Source of the DNA: a virus
Taxonomy: Duplodnaviria; Caudoviricetes
Direction: 5' to 3' (one strand)
Virus record (IMG/VR): IMGVR_UViG_3300036715_003593
Location: 1-55,941 of that record
Length of the DNA: 55,941 bases
This document shows positions 46,490 to 55,674 of the stretch, piece by piece. Within the stretch, counting starts at the first letter, position 1; each line of letters starts with the position of its first letter. Under the pieces are notes generated by a model. That model was not told where the DNA came from and did not search any database. It saw nothing but the letters and a program-made list of their open reading frames with translations. The translations under genes and the position numbers were made by a program.

Positions 46490-46715
46490 AAAAGTTAATG
46501 AAAAAATTTGCTTTTAAGGGCAGTTTAGGGGGTAACCCGTTGAGTTCATTAACTGTTTATGGATTTAAGGGGTTAAGGGGGACCCCTAAAGGAAAAGGAA
46601 AGAATTAGAAGCAATCCCTAATAAGAAATATATATACCCCATTAACATTATTAACTCATTAACATATATAATTATAAAGGCTTTTTTTGAAACAATTGCA
46701 TTAACCACTAGTAAC
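46490..46715. other. Putative replication origin
   Basis: AT-rich non-coding stretch after the primase; repeated TT(A/T)AGGG and ATTAAC in both orientations. Confidence 0.45.
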
Positions 46716-46816
46716 AGGAGATTAGATTATGGAAATTAAGGTAGTAGTGGAAGGAAAGATTATGATAGTGGAATTCGATCTTAAACAAACAGCAGAAAAC
46801 GAATGGAGTAATCACA

Positions 46817-47239
46817 ATGGCTAAAAGTTTCGCACAATCAAAAGGGGCTCGCGGCGAACGAGAGATTATAAACATACTACAACCCATTGTGGATAAAGTC
46901 TGTATCGAATGCGGGAAGGAACAAATTAGTCTGCTTCGAAATAGTTTACAATCTAGGCAGGGTGGCTACGACATGCTCGGGCTGGATTGGCTGGCGCTGG
47001 AAATAAAGAGATGTGAAACTTTGAACATCCCCGCATGGACTAGACAATGCCTTGAGCAAGCATCTAATCAGCAAGTACCTGTTCTAATCTATAAACAGAA
47101 CAATCGAGCTTGGAAAGTTATGATGCATGGACTATTGGTTCCAGGCGGATCAACTAACCTGAAAGTCTGGTGTGAAATTAGTGTAGAATCATTCCTGGCT
47201 TATTTCGAACTGAGATTAAAACATGAGGTGTGTAAATGA
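46817..47239 (+). CDS. PD-(D/E)XK nuclease, Holliday junction resolvase-like
   Basis: KG.RGERE, G.D, EIKR.E, W..Q motifs. Confidence 0.75.
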   Translation: MAKSFAQSKGARGEREIINILQPIVDKVCIECGKEQISLLRNSLQSRQGGYDMLGLDWLALEIKRCETLNIPAWTRQCLEQASNQQVPVLIYKQNNRAWKVMMHGLLVPGGSTNLKVWCEISVESFLAYFELRLKHEVCK

Positions 47240-47433
47240 GTAGCGCTGATCCAATAGATCAAGGATGTGAACACGAACAACAAGATCGGGATGCTGGTAT
47301 TGAGGAAGTTCGGAAACTGGCTGCAGCTTTCGAAAAAGGAGAACCTGGAATCTGTATCCATTGTGGTTATGACTTCATTCGCTTGGTCAGAGGTCGGTGC
47401 GGTAAGTGCAGAGATGAATTGGGGTTACCTTGA
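47236..47433 (+). CDS. TraR/DksA-like Zn-finger protein
   Basis: D.ID...E N-terminus, CxxC...CxxC. Confidence 0.55.
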   Translation: MSSADPIDQGCEHEQQDRDAGIEEVRKLAAAFEKGEPGICIHCGYDFIRLVRGRCGKCRDELGLP

Positions 47434-47639
47434 AACTGAGGATTGTTAATCTGCCAGACCATTCTACTTTGGTTTATCTGGAGCAGAAGGCCAACGGAAA
47501 AATATATGCCCTCCAGATCATATCCACTTGGGCAGAGCAGCGTAACTGCATAAACGGGTGGCGAAAGTTAATTTATGATCATATCCGCCAGGGTCGTCGT
47601 TACATCAGAAGGAGTATTGAAAATGATAGCAAAGATTAA
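47430..47639 (+). CDS. Hypothetical protein
   Basis: TTGA overlap; part of a gene chain. Confidence 0.45.
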   Translation: MKLRIVNLPDHSTLVYLEQKANGKIYALQIISTWAEQRNCINGWRKLIYDHIRQGRRYIRRSIENDSKD

Positions 47640-47844
47640 ACAATGGTTCAAAGATGCAGATGAAAAAGATCTCGCTCGGCTCAAGAGAAGTGGTTATAAT
47701 TATGCAGCCGGTAGATTGTTGAAGGAGGGTAATGCAGCTATTACCCCTTTGTGTTATGAATCGGATAACCCTTTCGATGGAAACGAATTCGATATCGGTA
47801 TAGTGGAAGCGTTGCTGGATTTTGAGAGGCGGGGTAAGAAATGA
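47623..47844 (+). CDS. Hypothetical protein
   Basis: aaggag RBS; GY.YAAG.LL...FD.G. Confidence 0.6.
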   Translation: MIAKIKQWFKDADEKDLARLKRSGYNYAAGRLLKEGNAAITPLCYESDNPFDGNEFDIGIVEALLDFERRGKK

Positions 47845-48053
47845 ATCTTAATGGTTGCCATAACAGACCACACTTGAAACATTTCGCAACTGTTCAAATT
47901 GGATGGATACCTAGCTTGCATCCTATCCAGACTCGGTACCCGCTTTTGAAATCGATCCCCGACCCCATGTCGAAGGATTGCCAGTATCAGAAGCTGAGGA
48001 AAGACGATCCGAAGTGTGCTGGATGCAAACATTTAGTGGAGGAAGTGAAATGA
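47841..48053 (+). CDS. Small Cys-rich hypothetical protein
   Basis: GCHNRP...MS.DCQY...D..C.GC. Confidence 0.6.
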   Translation: MNLNGCHNRPHLKHFATVQIGWIPSLHPIQTRYPLLKSIPDPMSKDCQYQKLRKDDPKCAGCKHLVEEVK

Positions 48054-48400
48054 AAACATTTGATCAATATCAAGCCGCGCGCGATACTCTTGTGGCAGCA
48101 GAGATCCAAGATCTACTTAAAGGTGACTACTCACCATTTAATCGTGATAATTTCGAACAGTATTTGAGAGAACTAGCGGAAGACGACGAACTGAATAAAA
48201 CAATGTTTCGTTATGCGGAAGCCTATTCTCAGCAAATCGAGCCTCATCATATGAACCTAGCACTACTGGGCGAATCTGTAATAATCGGACTTCGCAAGTA
48301 TTGGGAATCGCAAGCAGCACTGAGGGCTGATGCAGGAATTCCTAGTGTGGTTGATATGATGGGAGACGATCGCGGAACACATGGATGTTATGGAAGGTAG
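48050..48400 (+). CDS. Hypothetical protein
   Basis: ggagg RBS; ATGA overlap. Confidence 0.6.
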   Translation: MKTFDQYQAARDTLVAAEIQDLLKGDYSPFNRDNFEQYLRELAEDDELNKTMFRYAEAYSQQIEPHHMNLALLGESVIIGLRKYWESQAALRADAGIPSVVDMMGDDRGTHGCYGR

Positions 48401-48792
48401 TATGAAAGTATCGCATTATGTTCAAATCATTTATATTCGCTATCTCAAAGGTCTGCGAAAATGAAGCGGGTCTGGTTAATCTGGATGCTGGCGATGAATC
48501 CATTGGGATCTGCTGAAATGAATATCTTCTGCATTGGTGCACCTTTATACAATAAACCATGCAGTTATAACGTAGAAGATATAAAATGCGATCCAGTGGT
48601 GCTAACTAAAGAAAGGGTGAGACGAAAATGAAACGATTGATAGACGTCATGTTGTTTTATGGCATTAGTCCTAGCATGTTAGTGCTTATTGTAGGTTTAA
48701 CAGGCGTGTTACTTTTCAGATACCTTTAAAAGGTGGCAGCGAATGCTAGGGTCTGTATATCGATGAATAACTTTAAATCATAGGGATAAATT

Positions 48793-49158
48793 ATGAGTAA
48801 TCAAGAATCAGCAGTGGATCAAGAAGCGTTAGCTCGTCATAAAAAAGTGCTCGAAGACTTCAGGGGACTCGAGCATCACATGTCAGCTGAATTGCGTGCT
48901 AACCTTGAAGCCACCATCCCGCAGGAAGCGCGTGAGCACCTGTTAACTGTTTGCCTCCTGGCTATCCAATACGGTCGCAGTCTTGAGCAGCATGATATGA
49001 TTGCTCAAGTTGCCAAGGCTCCGGAACACATGCAAGTTTTGATCAAAGAGGTATTGACCGGTACAACTGAGCGTAAAATAATCATCGGTGAAACAAACGC
49101 AGGTGCTTCATCTCTAGTGCGTCAGCTCATGGCCAATATGGATCGCACTAAACATTAG
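48793..49158 (+). CDS. Hypothetical protein
   Basis: 121 aa ORF with RBS. Confidence 0.6.
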   Translation: MSNQESAVDQEALARHKKVLEDFRGLEHHMSAELRANLEATIPQEAREHLLTVCLLAIQYGRSLEQHDMIAQVAKAPEHMQVLIKEVLTGTTERKIIIGETNAGASSLVRQLMANMDRTKH

Positions 49159-49229
49159 GATCTACTGCCGGTTGACCTGTTCGATCCTTCTCGGGTATCT
49201 TAATCCCATTAAATTATCTGAGCCACGAT

Positions 49230-49850
49230 ATGTCCGAAGAATCCATCGCTGAATTAAGGAAACGGCCTAAGTTGCCATACGAGGATGCCGCCGTCAAGGC
49301 TGGCATGCAGTATGAGCGCCGCCGTCATATCCTTGCAGAAAGAGTGAAGGGGGTTAGCTTCCCGAAGATTGCTGCTGAATTGGGTCTAACCCAAGGTTAT
49401 GTGTTTAAGCAATATAAGCTCGCTCTAAAGTCAGCCATCACCGAAGATGTGTCGCAAGTCCGTAAAATAGAACTTGCTCGGTTAGATGAATTACAAGAAG
49501 AAGTTATCAAGATCATGCATTCTTTCAATCCGATGGTTAGTGGTGGCAGAGTGGTCTATGATGTAGTGGAAGGTGAAGTAGAACCTCGAGATGGGGAGGA
49601 TGAAGTAACTGAGCGCGTTCTGAAAAAGCTCGAAGACCCTAAAGTTAAGTTTGACGCAGTTAACACGGCTCTACGTATCATGGATCGCCGTGCTAAGTTA
49701 CTGGGACTGGATGCCCCTGTCAAAGCCGAATTGTCCGGTCCAGATGGTGGTCCGATTCAACAATACACCGTACCTAGACCAATGACCCGCGAAGAGTTAG
49801 TTGCAGAAGCAGCTGCACGCGGATTACCAACTACTATTTTTAAAATATGA
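49230..49850 (+). CDS. terS: Terminase small subunit
   Basis: HTH (G.SF..IA..LG), EL.RLD.L, RRAKLLGLDAP.K.ELSGPDGGPI. Confidence 0.75.
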   Translation: MSEESIAELRKRPKLPYEDAAVKAGMQYERRRHILAERVKGVSFPKIAAELGLTQGYVFKQYKLALKSAITEDVSQVRKIELARLDELQEEVIKIMHSFNPMVSGGRVVYDVVEGEVEPRDGEDEVTERVLKKLEDPKVKFDAVNTALRIMDRRAKLLGLDAPVKAELSGPDGGPIQQYTVPRPMTREELVAEAAARGLPTTIFKI

Positions 49851-50260
49851 ATCTACCTGTTTATAAATTTGTACTCTTTACAACCTGCGCCTTGCTCTTG
49901 GCCAAGTGTGCCACTCAAGAAGTTCGGGCGGAAGGTATCTATGAGGAAAATCGATACGAGGTCAGCACTCTTCGGAATGCTGACGGGTCTTATGCTCGCT
50001 CAAAGAAAGTGGCCAGAGAGTTCCAAAAAATTCACCCTTGCCCGTCCACCGGATTACAGACTGGCGCTTGTCCAGGTTGGGCAAAAGACCATGTTATTCC
50101 GAGAGCATGTGGTGGAATAGATGCTGTCTGGAATATGCAATGGTTGCCAGATGACATTAAACATTCTGTTGGAGATCATGCCAAGGACAGCTTTGAGAGG
50201 AAGATTTATTCTTTATCCGATCTCCCGATGCCTAACTGCAAGTCTGCTAAAGTTGAATGA
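49847..50260 (+). CDS. HNH endonuclease-like protein with a hydrophobic N-terminus
   Basis: HPCPSTG...GACPG...DHVIP.ACGG.D...NMQW. Confidence 0.7.
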   Translation: MNLPVYKFVLFTTCALLLAKCATQEVRAEGIYEENRYEVSTLRNADGSYARSKKVAREFQKIHPCPSTGLQTGACPGWAKDHVIPRACGGIDAVWNMQWLPDDIKHSVGDHAKDSFERKIYSLSDLPMPNCKSAKVE

Positions 50261-51651
50261 AGCCCTCAGACGTTGACATTCTCGAGCAGCTAGCTATTGC
50301 AGAAGCTCGATGGAGCTTCTATGCATACCGCCAGTACATTAACCCGAAACTGAAACTAGGTTGGTGGCAGCGAGAGAGTGCTTACGAGCTGCAACGGTTC
50401 TATGAAGACCTGATCGCAGGGAAACGCCCGAGACTGATTATCGAAGCCCCTCCTCAACATGGTAAGAGTTTACTTATTGTGGACTTCATATCCTGGCTAG
50501 CTGGCAGGCACCCCGAACTCCGTACCATTTACACCTCTTTCAGCGAGCGCCTTGGAGTACGTGCCAACTTAAGATTACAGCGCACATATGCTTCAGATAA
50601 ATACAAAAAGACTTTCCCAGATACTAAAACAGGGGCTACAGTCAATCGTGATTTGATTGAATACGAAGGTGCGGATGGCTACTTCCGTAACACTACTGTT
50701 CGAGGTAGCATTACCGGTGAAGGTTTGGATCTGGGGGTTATAGACGATCCGATTAAAGGTCGTGAACAAGCGCGCAGTGCTACCGTACGTGATGCAACAT
50801 GGGATTGGCTGACCGACGATTTCATGACCCGCTTTGCAGATGATGCAGGTCTGCTTATTATTTTAACTCGGTGGCACATTGATGACCCAGTCGGGCGCTT
50901 AAAAGAGATAGACCCTAACATTCGCTGCGTTTCACACCCTGCCATTGCCACAGAGGATGAACAGTTCCGTAAGAAGGGTGAGCCGCTTTTCCCCGAACAT
51001 AAGAGTCTGGAATTCTTGCTGGGTATCAAAAAGATTATGGCAGCGTCTTCATGGGAGTCGTTGTATCAGCAGCGTCCGTTTATCGAGGATGGCGAATTCT
51101 TTAAGCCAGATATGATTCCAATTGTGGATGCCATCCCTGCGGGCATTAAACAGATTACCCGAGCATGGGATCTGGCCGCAACCAAGGATGGAGGAGACTG
51201 GACTGTTGGATTTAAGTTTGGCAAACTACCAGACGGTCGTGGTATTATTCTGGATATAGTGAGATTCCAAAGAGGTCCAGATCAGGTTCGATTAGCATTG
51301 AAAAATACCGCTGACTTAGATGGCAAGCAGGTTAAGATTAGAGGTCCACAAGATCCTGGTCAAGCCGGTAAAGATCAAGCTCAACAGTTGACTATGCTGC
51401 TTACTGGTTATAAGGTAGAATTCAAAACGGTATCCGGAGACAAGACCATCCGAGCCGAAGGATTTGCCTCGCAAGCGAACGTGGGTAATGTGGTCATGTT
51501 GCGTGGATCTTGGAACCATGCTCTAATAGAAGAGTTGAGGTCTTTCCCGAATGGAGTACATGATGACCAGGTGGATGCTGGCTCCGATGCCTTCAATGAC
51601 TTAATGGGATCACCTGACGTGTTGTCGATGTGGGAGAAATTGGGTAAATAA
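50257..51651 (+). CDS. terL: Terminase large subunit
   Basis: PPQHGKS Walker A, IDDP.K, TRWH.DD, WDLA, HDDQVDA nuclease motif. Confidence 0.92.
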   Translation: MKPSDVDILEQLAIAEARWSFYAYRQYINPKLKLGWWQRESAYELQRFYEDLIAGKRPRLIIEAPPQHGKSLLIVDFISWLAGRHPELRTIYTSFSERLGVRANLRLQRTYASDKYKKTFPDTKTGATVNRDLIEYEGADGYFRNTTVRGSITGEGLDLGVIDDPIKGREQARSATVRDATWDWLTDDFMTRFADDAGLLIILTRWHIDDPVGRLKEIDPNIRCVSHPAIATEDEQFRKKGEPLFPEHKSLEFLLGIKKIMAASSWESLYQQRPFIEDGEFFKPDMIPIVDAIPAGIKQITRAWDLAATKDGGDWTVGFKFGKLPDGRGIILDIVRFQRGPDQVRLALKNTADLDGKQVKIRGPQDPGQAGKDQAQQLTMLLTGYKVEFKTVSGDKTIRAEGFASQANVGNVVMLRGSWNHALIEELRSFPNGVHDDQVDAGSDAFNDLMGSPDVLSMWEKLGK

Positions 51652-51654
51652 GGG

Positions 51655-51683
51655 TTGCCCCACTGAAAATCCTGACTTACAAT
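51655..51683 (+). promoter_or_regulatory. Sigma70-like promoter TTGCCC-17-TACAAT upstream of the portal gene
   Basis: Near-consensus boxes with 17-nt spacing. Confidence 0.6.
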
Positions 51684-51689
51684 TGCCTG

Positions 51690-51785
51690 GCAGTGAAAGC
51701 CGAGGGGATCGATCTCGGATTGTCCAAAGGGGGGCAAGTCGCAGGTTTGCGTCAAACCGAGTACCACCTCACGCCGGTTCACTGC
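51690..51785 (+). ncRNA. Structured multi-hairpin leader of the structural operon
   Basis: gcagtgaa/ttcactgc closing stem around three hairpins (51700-51718, 51720-51737, 51744-51758). Confidence 0.45.
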
Positions 51786-51804
51786 TTCAAATTTGAGGAT
51801 CATA

Positions 51805-53274
51805 ATGGCTAAACGTGACATTACCAAGACTGTAGACAAAGCTTTCGCAACTGACGAAGCCGCACGCCTTGCTGCCACAGTCAATGATTCGTTCAACAAC
51901 TTCGCACAGAAGATGGGTGTCGGTGCAGACAACCCTCTTTCCACTTCTTCTTACGGCTTCAATCCAGTTACGCGCGTTCGTACCTTGCTCGAATGGATCC
52001 ATCGCGGCTCATGGGTGGGCGGAGTAGCGGTTGACGTAATTGCAGATGATATGACTCGCGAAGGAGTCGATCTGGACGGTGAGCTCGACCCTGATGATAT
52101 TTCCCGTTTGCACCGCGAAGCCAATCAACTGAACATCTGGGCACAGGTTCGCGATACTGTTGCCTGGTCGCGTCTTTATGGTGGATGTCTGGCTGTCATG
52201 TTGATAGACGGTCAGGATTCTTCTACCCCCTTGCGATTAGATACCATCGGCAAAGGCGATTTCAAAGGCTTGCTAGTTTTAGACCGTTGGATGGTTGAAC
52301 CGTCCATGGGTGATCTGGTAACAGAATACGGTCCTCATTTAGGTCTGCCAAAATATTACAAAGTCACTGCGGATGCGCCAGCCTTGCCCCGCATGAAGAT
52401 TCATTATTCCCGTTGTATTCGATTGGAAGGCGTTCGCTTGCCCTATTGGCAACGGGTCATGGAAAACCTTTGGGGTATTTCCATTTATGAGCGTATATAT
52501 GACCGCATGCAAGCCTTCGATTCAGCAACGACTGGTGCAGCCCAATTGGTTTACAAAGCATACATCCGGACTTACAAGATCAAGGATATGAAAGAGGTAG
52601 TTGCTGCCGGTGGTCCTGCTTTGGATGGCTTAGTTAAGTATACAGAAATGATGCGTCGCTTCCAAGGCGTGGAAGGTATTACCTTAATGGACGCCGATGA
52701 TGAGTTCGAAGGCCATTCACATACCGCCTTCTCTGGCTTGTCTGATGCCTTGACCCAGTTCGGCCAACAGCTCTCCGGCGCGCTTCAAATCCCGCTAGTT
52801 AGATTGTTTGGCCAATCTCCTGCTGGCTTCAGCACCGGTGAAACAGACCTACGCAATTATTACGACAACGTCAAGACTCAGCAGGAGCGAGAACTTGGCG
52901 TACCACTGGTTACCATTTTCCGTGCCTTGGCGGCATCTTGTGATATCAAACTTCCCGACGATTTCGGGGTAACCTTCCGATCATTGTGGCAACTGAGTGA
53001 TACTGAAAAATCGACTATTGCTCAAACTACTTCCGGTTCGATTCTGGCTGCTGAAAGTGCTGGTATAATTGATCATGCGACTGCGCTCAAAGAGTTGAAA
53101 CAATCAAGTCGTATCACTGGGGTGTTTACTAATATCACTGAAGAGATGATCCAGGATGCTGAAGGTGAAGAAGCTCCGGACGCAAGCGACCTGATTGTTA
53201 ATCCTCCGGTTGATCCAGCTCAGAAGATTGGGGATACTCGGTGGCAACGTATTCTTAAAAAGGTAAGACTATGA
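51805..53274 (+). CDS. Portal protein (DUF1073-like)
   Basis: VD.IA.DMTR, W.RLYGG, H.SR, IPLVRLFGQSPAG..TGE.D..NYYD. Confidence 0.88.
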   Translation: MAKRDITKTVDKAFATDEAARLAATVNDSFNNFAQKMGVGADNPLSTSSYGFNPVTRVRTLLEWIHRGSWVGGVAVDVIADDMTREGVDLDGELDPDDISRLHREANQLNIWAQVRDTVAWSRLYGGCLAVMLIDGQDSSTPLRLDTIGKGDFKGLLVLDRWMVEPSMGDLVTEYGPHLGLPKYYKVTADAPALPRMKIHYSRCIRLEGVRLPYWQRVMENLWGISIYERIYDRMQAFDSATTGAAQLVYKAYIRTYKIKDMKEVVAAGGPALDGLVKYTEMMRRFQGVEGITLMDADDEFEGHSHTAFSGLSDALTQFGQQLSGALQIPLVRLFGQSPAGFSTGETDLRNYYDNVKTQQERELGVPLVTIFRALAASCDIKLPDDFGVTFRSLWQLSDTEKSTIAQTTSGSILAAESAGIIDHATALKELKQSSRITGVFTNITEEMIQDAEGEEAPDASDLIVNPPVDPAQKIGDTRWQRILKKVRL

Positions 53275-53486
53275 AAAACACACATATCCATGTTCACGTT
53301 GGAACGAAAGATGGCGACAGAGAAGATTCTTCCAATATCACTTCTTTGAAAGGTGATTTGGTTCGGCTTGCTTCAAAAATATCCGCCTTGGGTTCTACCA
53401 CTTCAAATCCGCAATTGAAAAAAGCCTGCAAGGGGGCAGAGCAGAAAGTGGATGAAGCACGGTCGCTTCTCCATGATGCCCAATAA
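53271..53486 (+). CDS. Small helical protein with HIHVH-VGTKD tag (putative internal head protein)
   Basis: ATGA overlap with portal; N-terminus MKNTHIHVHVGTKD. Confidence 0.7.
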   Translation: MKNTHIHVHVGTKDGDREDSSNITSLKGDLVRLASKISALGSTTSNPQLKKACKGAEQKVDEARSLLHDAQ

Positions 53487-53491
53487 ATGAT

Positions 53492-54259
53492 ATGCAAAGA
53501 ATTAATGACCGTAAGCCGAAGAACTTTAGACTGGCTCAACAACGGTTTTTAAAGAGCCGTAAAGCCGAGATCGAGTATGCCCGTAAGCTAAGATCCATCG
53601 CGAAACAGGTTGGCCATATTGTGCAGGGATTTGCCCCAAAAGGGGTGGTGTTGAATCAAGAGGCTTTGTTATCATCCTTGCGAAAGTATGCGGAGATGAT
53701 AACTCCATGGGCAAAGACGGTTGCCAAGACCATGCTAGAGGATATTGCACGGCGCGATGAATCTATGTGGTCACAAATGGGCGAGGATATTGGTCGGAAC
53801 TTAAAAGCCGAGATTATGGTGACTCCGACCGGTACTTTGATGGCTGAAGCGTTAAACGAACAGGTGAGGTTAATTACCAGTTTGCCACTTGAAGCAGCTG
53901 AACGGGTGCATGGGCTGGTTTTGATGGGTATGACGGATAGCACCCGAGCAAAGCAAGTTGCCGAAGATATTTTGGCGACTGGGCAAGTGACCAAAGGCCG
54001 CGCCAATTTAATAGCTCGCACCGAGGTTTCTAGGGCGGCTACTGAGCTGACGAAGGCACGGGCTACCCAAGCAGGGGTAACGCATTACATATGGCGTACG
54101 AGCGGGGATAGCGATGTTCGGACTAGCCACAAACACATGAACGGAAAGGTGGTGGCTTTTGCAGAGCCTCCTGAAGTGGAGCCAGGTAAGTTTTATCATG
54201 CAGGTAGCTTTCCCAATTGTAGATGTTATATTGAACCAATAATTTCAGAAGAGGAGTAG
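53492..54259 (+). CDS. Minor head morphogenesis protein (MuF/SPP1 gp7-like)
   Basis: RA.LIARTE, Y.WRT..D..VR.SH, G..PNCRC. Confidence 0.88.
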   Translation: MQRINDRKPKNFRLAQQRFLKSRKAEIEYARKLRSIAKQVGHIVQGFAPKGVVLNQEALLSSLRKYAEMITPWAKTVAKTMLEDIARRDESMWSQMGEDIGRNLKAEIMVTPTGTLMAEALNEQVRLITSLPLEAAERVHGLVLMGMTDSTRAKQVAEDILATGQVTKGRANLIARTEVSRAATELTKARATQAGVTHYIWRTSGDSDVRTSHKHMNGKVVAFAEPPEVEPGKFYHAGSFPNCRCYIEPIISEEE

Positions 54260-54263
54260 TAAA

Positions 54264-54875
54264 ATGAACATGGAAAAAATTACCTACGCAATACGTAACT
54301 GGAAAGCTCATTGGAGAGCGTTCTATCTTGGCTCTTACATCGTAATCGAATGCGCGATTGCTCGCACCCTTGGCGCTTATGAAGGCCGCATAGCCGCATT
54401 CGGTACTGTGGATGCGATACTGACTCGCGCAAATCCTAAATGGTATCAATCCAAGCATGTTGACCTTGGATGTATCGGAAAGCGCGTCGTCACAACTGCG
54501 TTCGTCAACTACTTGCGCGACGACATGAACGCCGCTGCCGGCGCTGCTGACGTATCCACGTTTAAATATCATGGATGCGGAACAGGTGCCGTGGCCGAGG
54601 CAATTGGTGATACAGCTTTGGGCGCTGAATGCACTACCGTTTTAAACCCAGACTCCACCCGCTCAATTGGAACTCAGGTTGGCTCTACTGCGAAAACGTA
54701 TCAATCTGTAGGTACATTGACATTTGACGGTGTTGCCGCTGTAACCGAACACGGGATATTTAATGCTGCTGCGGCTGGTATTTTGCTTGACCGTACTGTA
54801 TTTGCTGCAATTAATACGGCATCCGGTGACTCAATTCAGTTTACATATACTCTGACCATAGCTGATGGTGGTTAA
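54264..54875 (+). CDS. Virion structural protein (fibre-base-like)
   Basis: GTG......DTAL..E; TE.GIFNA...G.LLDR.VF..IN..SGDSIQFTY. Confidence 0.65.
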   Translation: MNMEKITYAIRNWKAHWRAFYLGSYIVIECAIARTLGAYEGRIAAFGTVDAILTRANPKWYQSKHVDLGCIGKRVVTTAFVNYLRDDMNAAAGAADVSTFKYHGCGTGAVAEAIGDTALGAECTTVLNPDSTRSIGTQVGSTAKTYQSVGTLTFDGVAAVTEHGIFNAAAAGILLDRTVFAAINTASGDSIQFTYTLTIADGG

Positions 54876-54878
54876 GCC

Positions 54879-55673
54879 ATGACAATTACGACAGTAGACG
54901 GAATCATCGCTGCCGCAAAACAGCGAGTATTGATAAATAGATCAGCCTCACGCACCGCAGTTGCAGCTGCACCATTCAGTGTGTTTGATCTGGCAGGTGT
55001 TCCTGGCAGCGGTGTGCTTGCTGGAACAAGTACCACAACTGGTGTAGTTCCTACAGATGCAACAGCCGGATGCCCAACGATCAATGCTTTTGGCGGAAGC
55101 AATACCGGATATATCTCGCGCATAGAAGGAAACAGCCAAGTGTCCTGCCGCATTCAGCTTTATGACATGCTATGGAAGGCTGGCGCTTATGCATTCAACG
55201 TCAGCACGTCCGGTAATAGTCCGACTAGTTATTCTAGTAGAGTGCCGGGTGGTACGGACTATACTGGGCTTGAGCTGTGGCTTGAACAAGTCACAGCGGG
55301 TACGCTGGTGCAGAACGTCAACGTAAACTACAACAACGAATCAGGTGCGGCTCACAGCACAGGGGTAATTGCCTGCCCTGCCGCCATGATAGTAGGCCGC
55401 ATGTTTCAACTTCCTTTATTGGCTGGTGACAAGGGCATACAGGGCGTTACCGGTGTGGCAGGTTCGGTAGCTTCTGCTGGTACATTTAACTTGCTGGTGA
55501 TGAGGCCATTGGGAGAAGTTCGCATCCGTGTTGCCAACGATGGAATTGTACAGGATGCGCTATCGACCGGCCTGCCGATTGTGTTCACGGATAGTGCGCT
55601 GGTGATGATTGTAAGTGCTGATAGCACGGCAACCAGTGTGCCTGAATTGGTTATTGATGTAATCAACGGATAA
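54879..55673 (+). CDS. Virion structural protein (beta-rich)
   Basis: L.D.LW, PL.AGD.GI, F.L...RPL motifs; in the same cassette. Confidence 0.6.
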   Translation: MTITTVDGIIAAAKQRVLINRSASRTAVAAAPFSVFDLAGVPGSGVLAGTSTTTGVVPTDATAGCPTINAFGGSNTGYISRIEGNSQVSCRIQLYDMLWKAGAYAFNVSTSGNSPTSYSSRVPGGTDYTGLELWLEQVTAGTLVQNVNVNYNNESGAAHSTGVIACPAAMIVGRMFQLPLLAGDKGIQGVTGVAGSVASAGTFNLLVMRPLGEVRIRVANDGIVQDALSTGLPIVFTDSALVMIVSADSTATSVPELVIDVING

Positions 55674-55674
55674 G

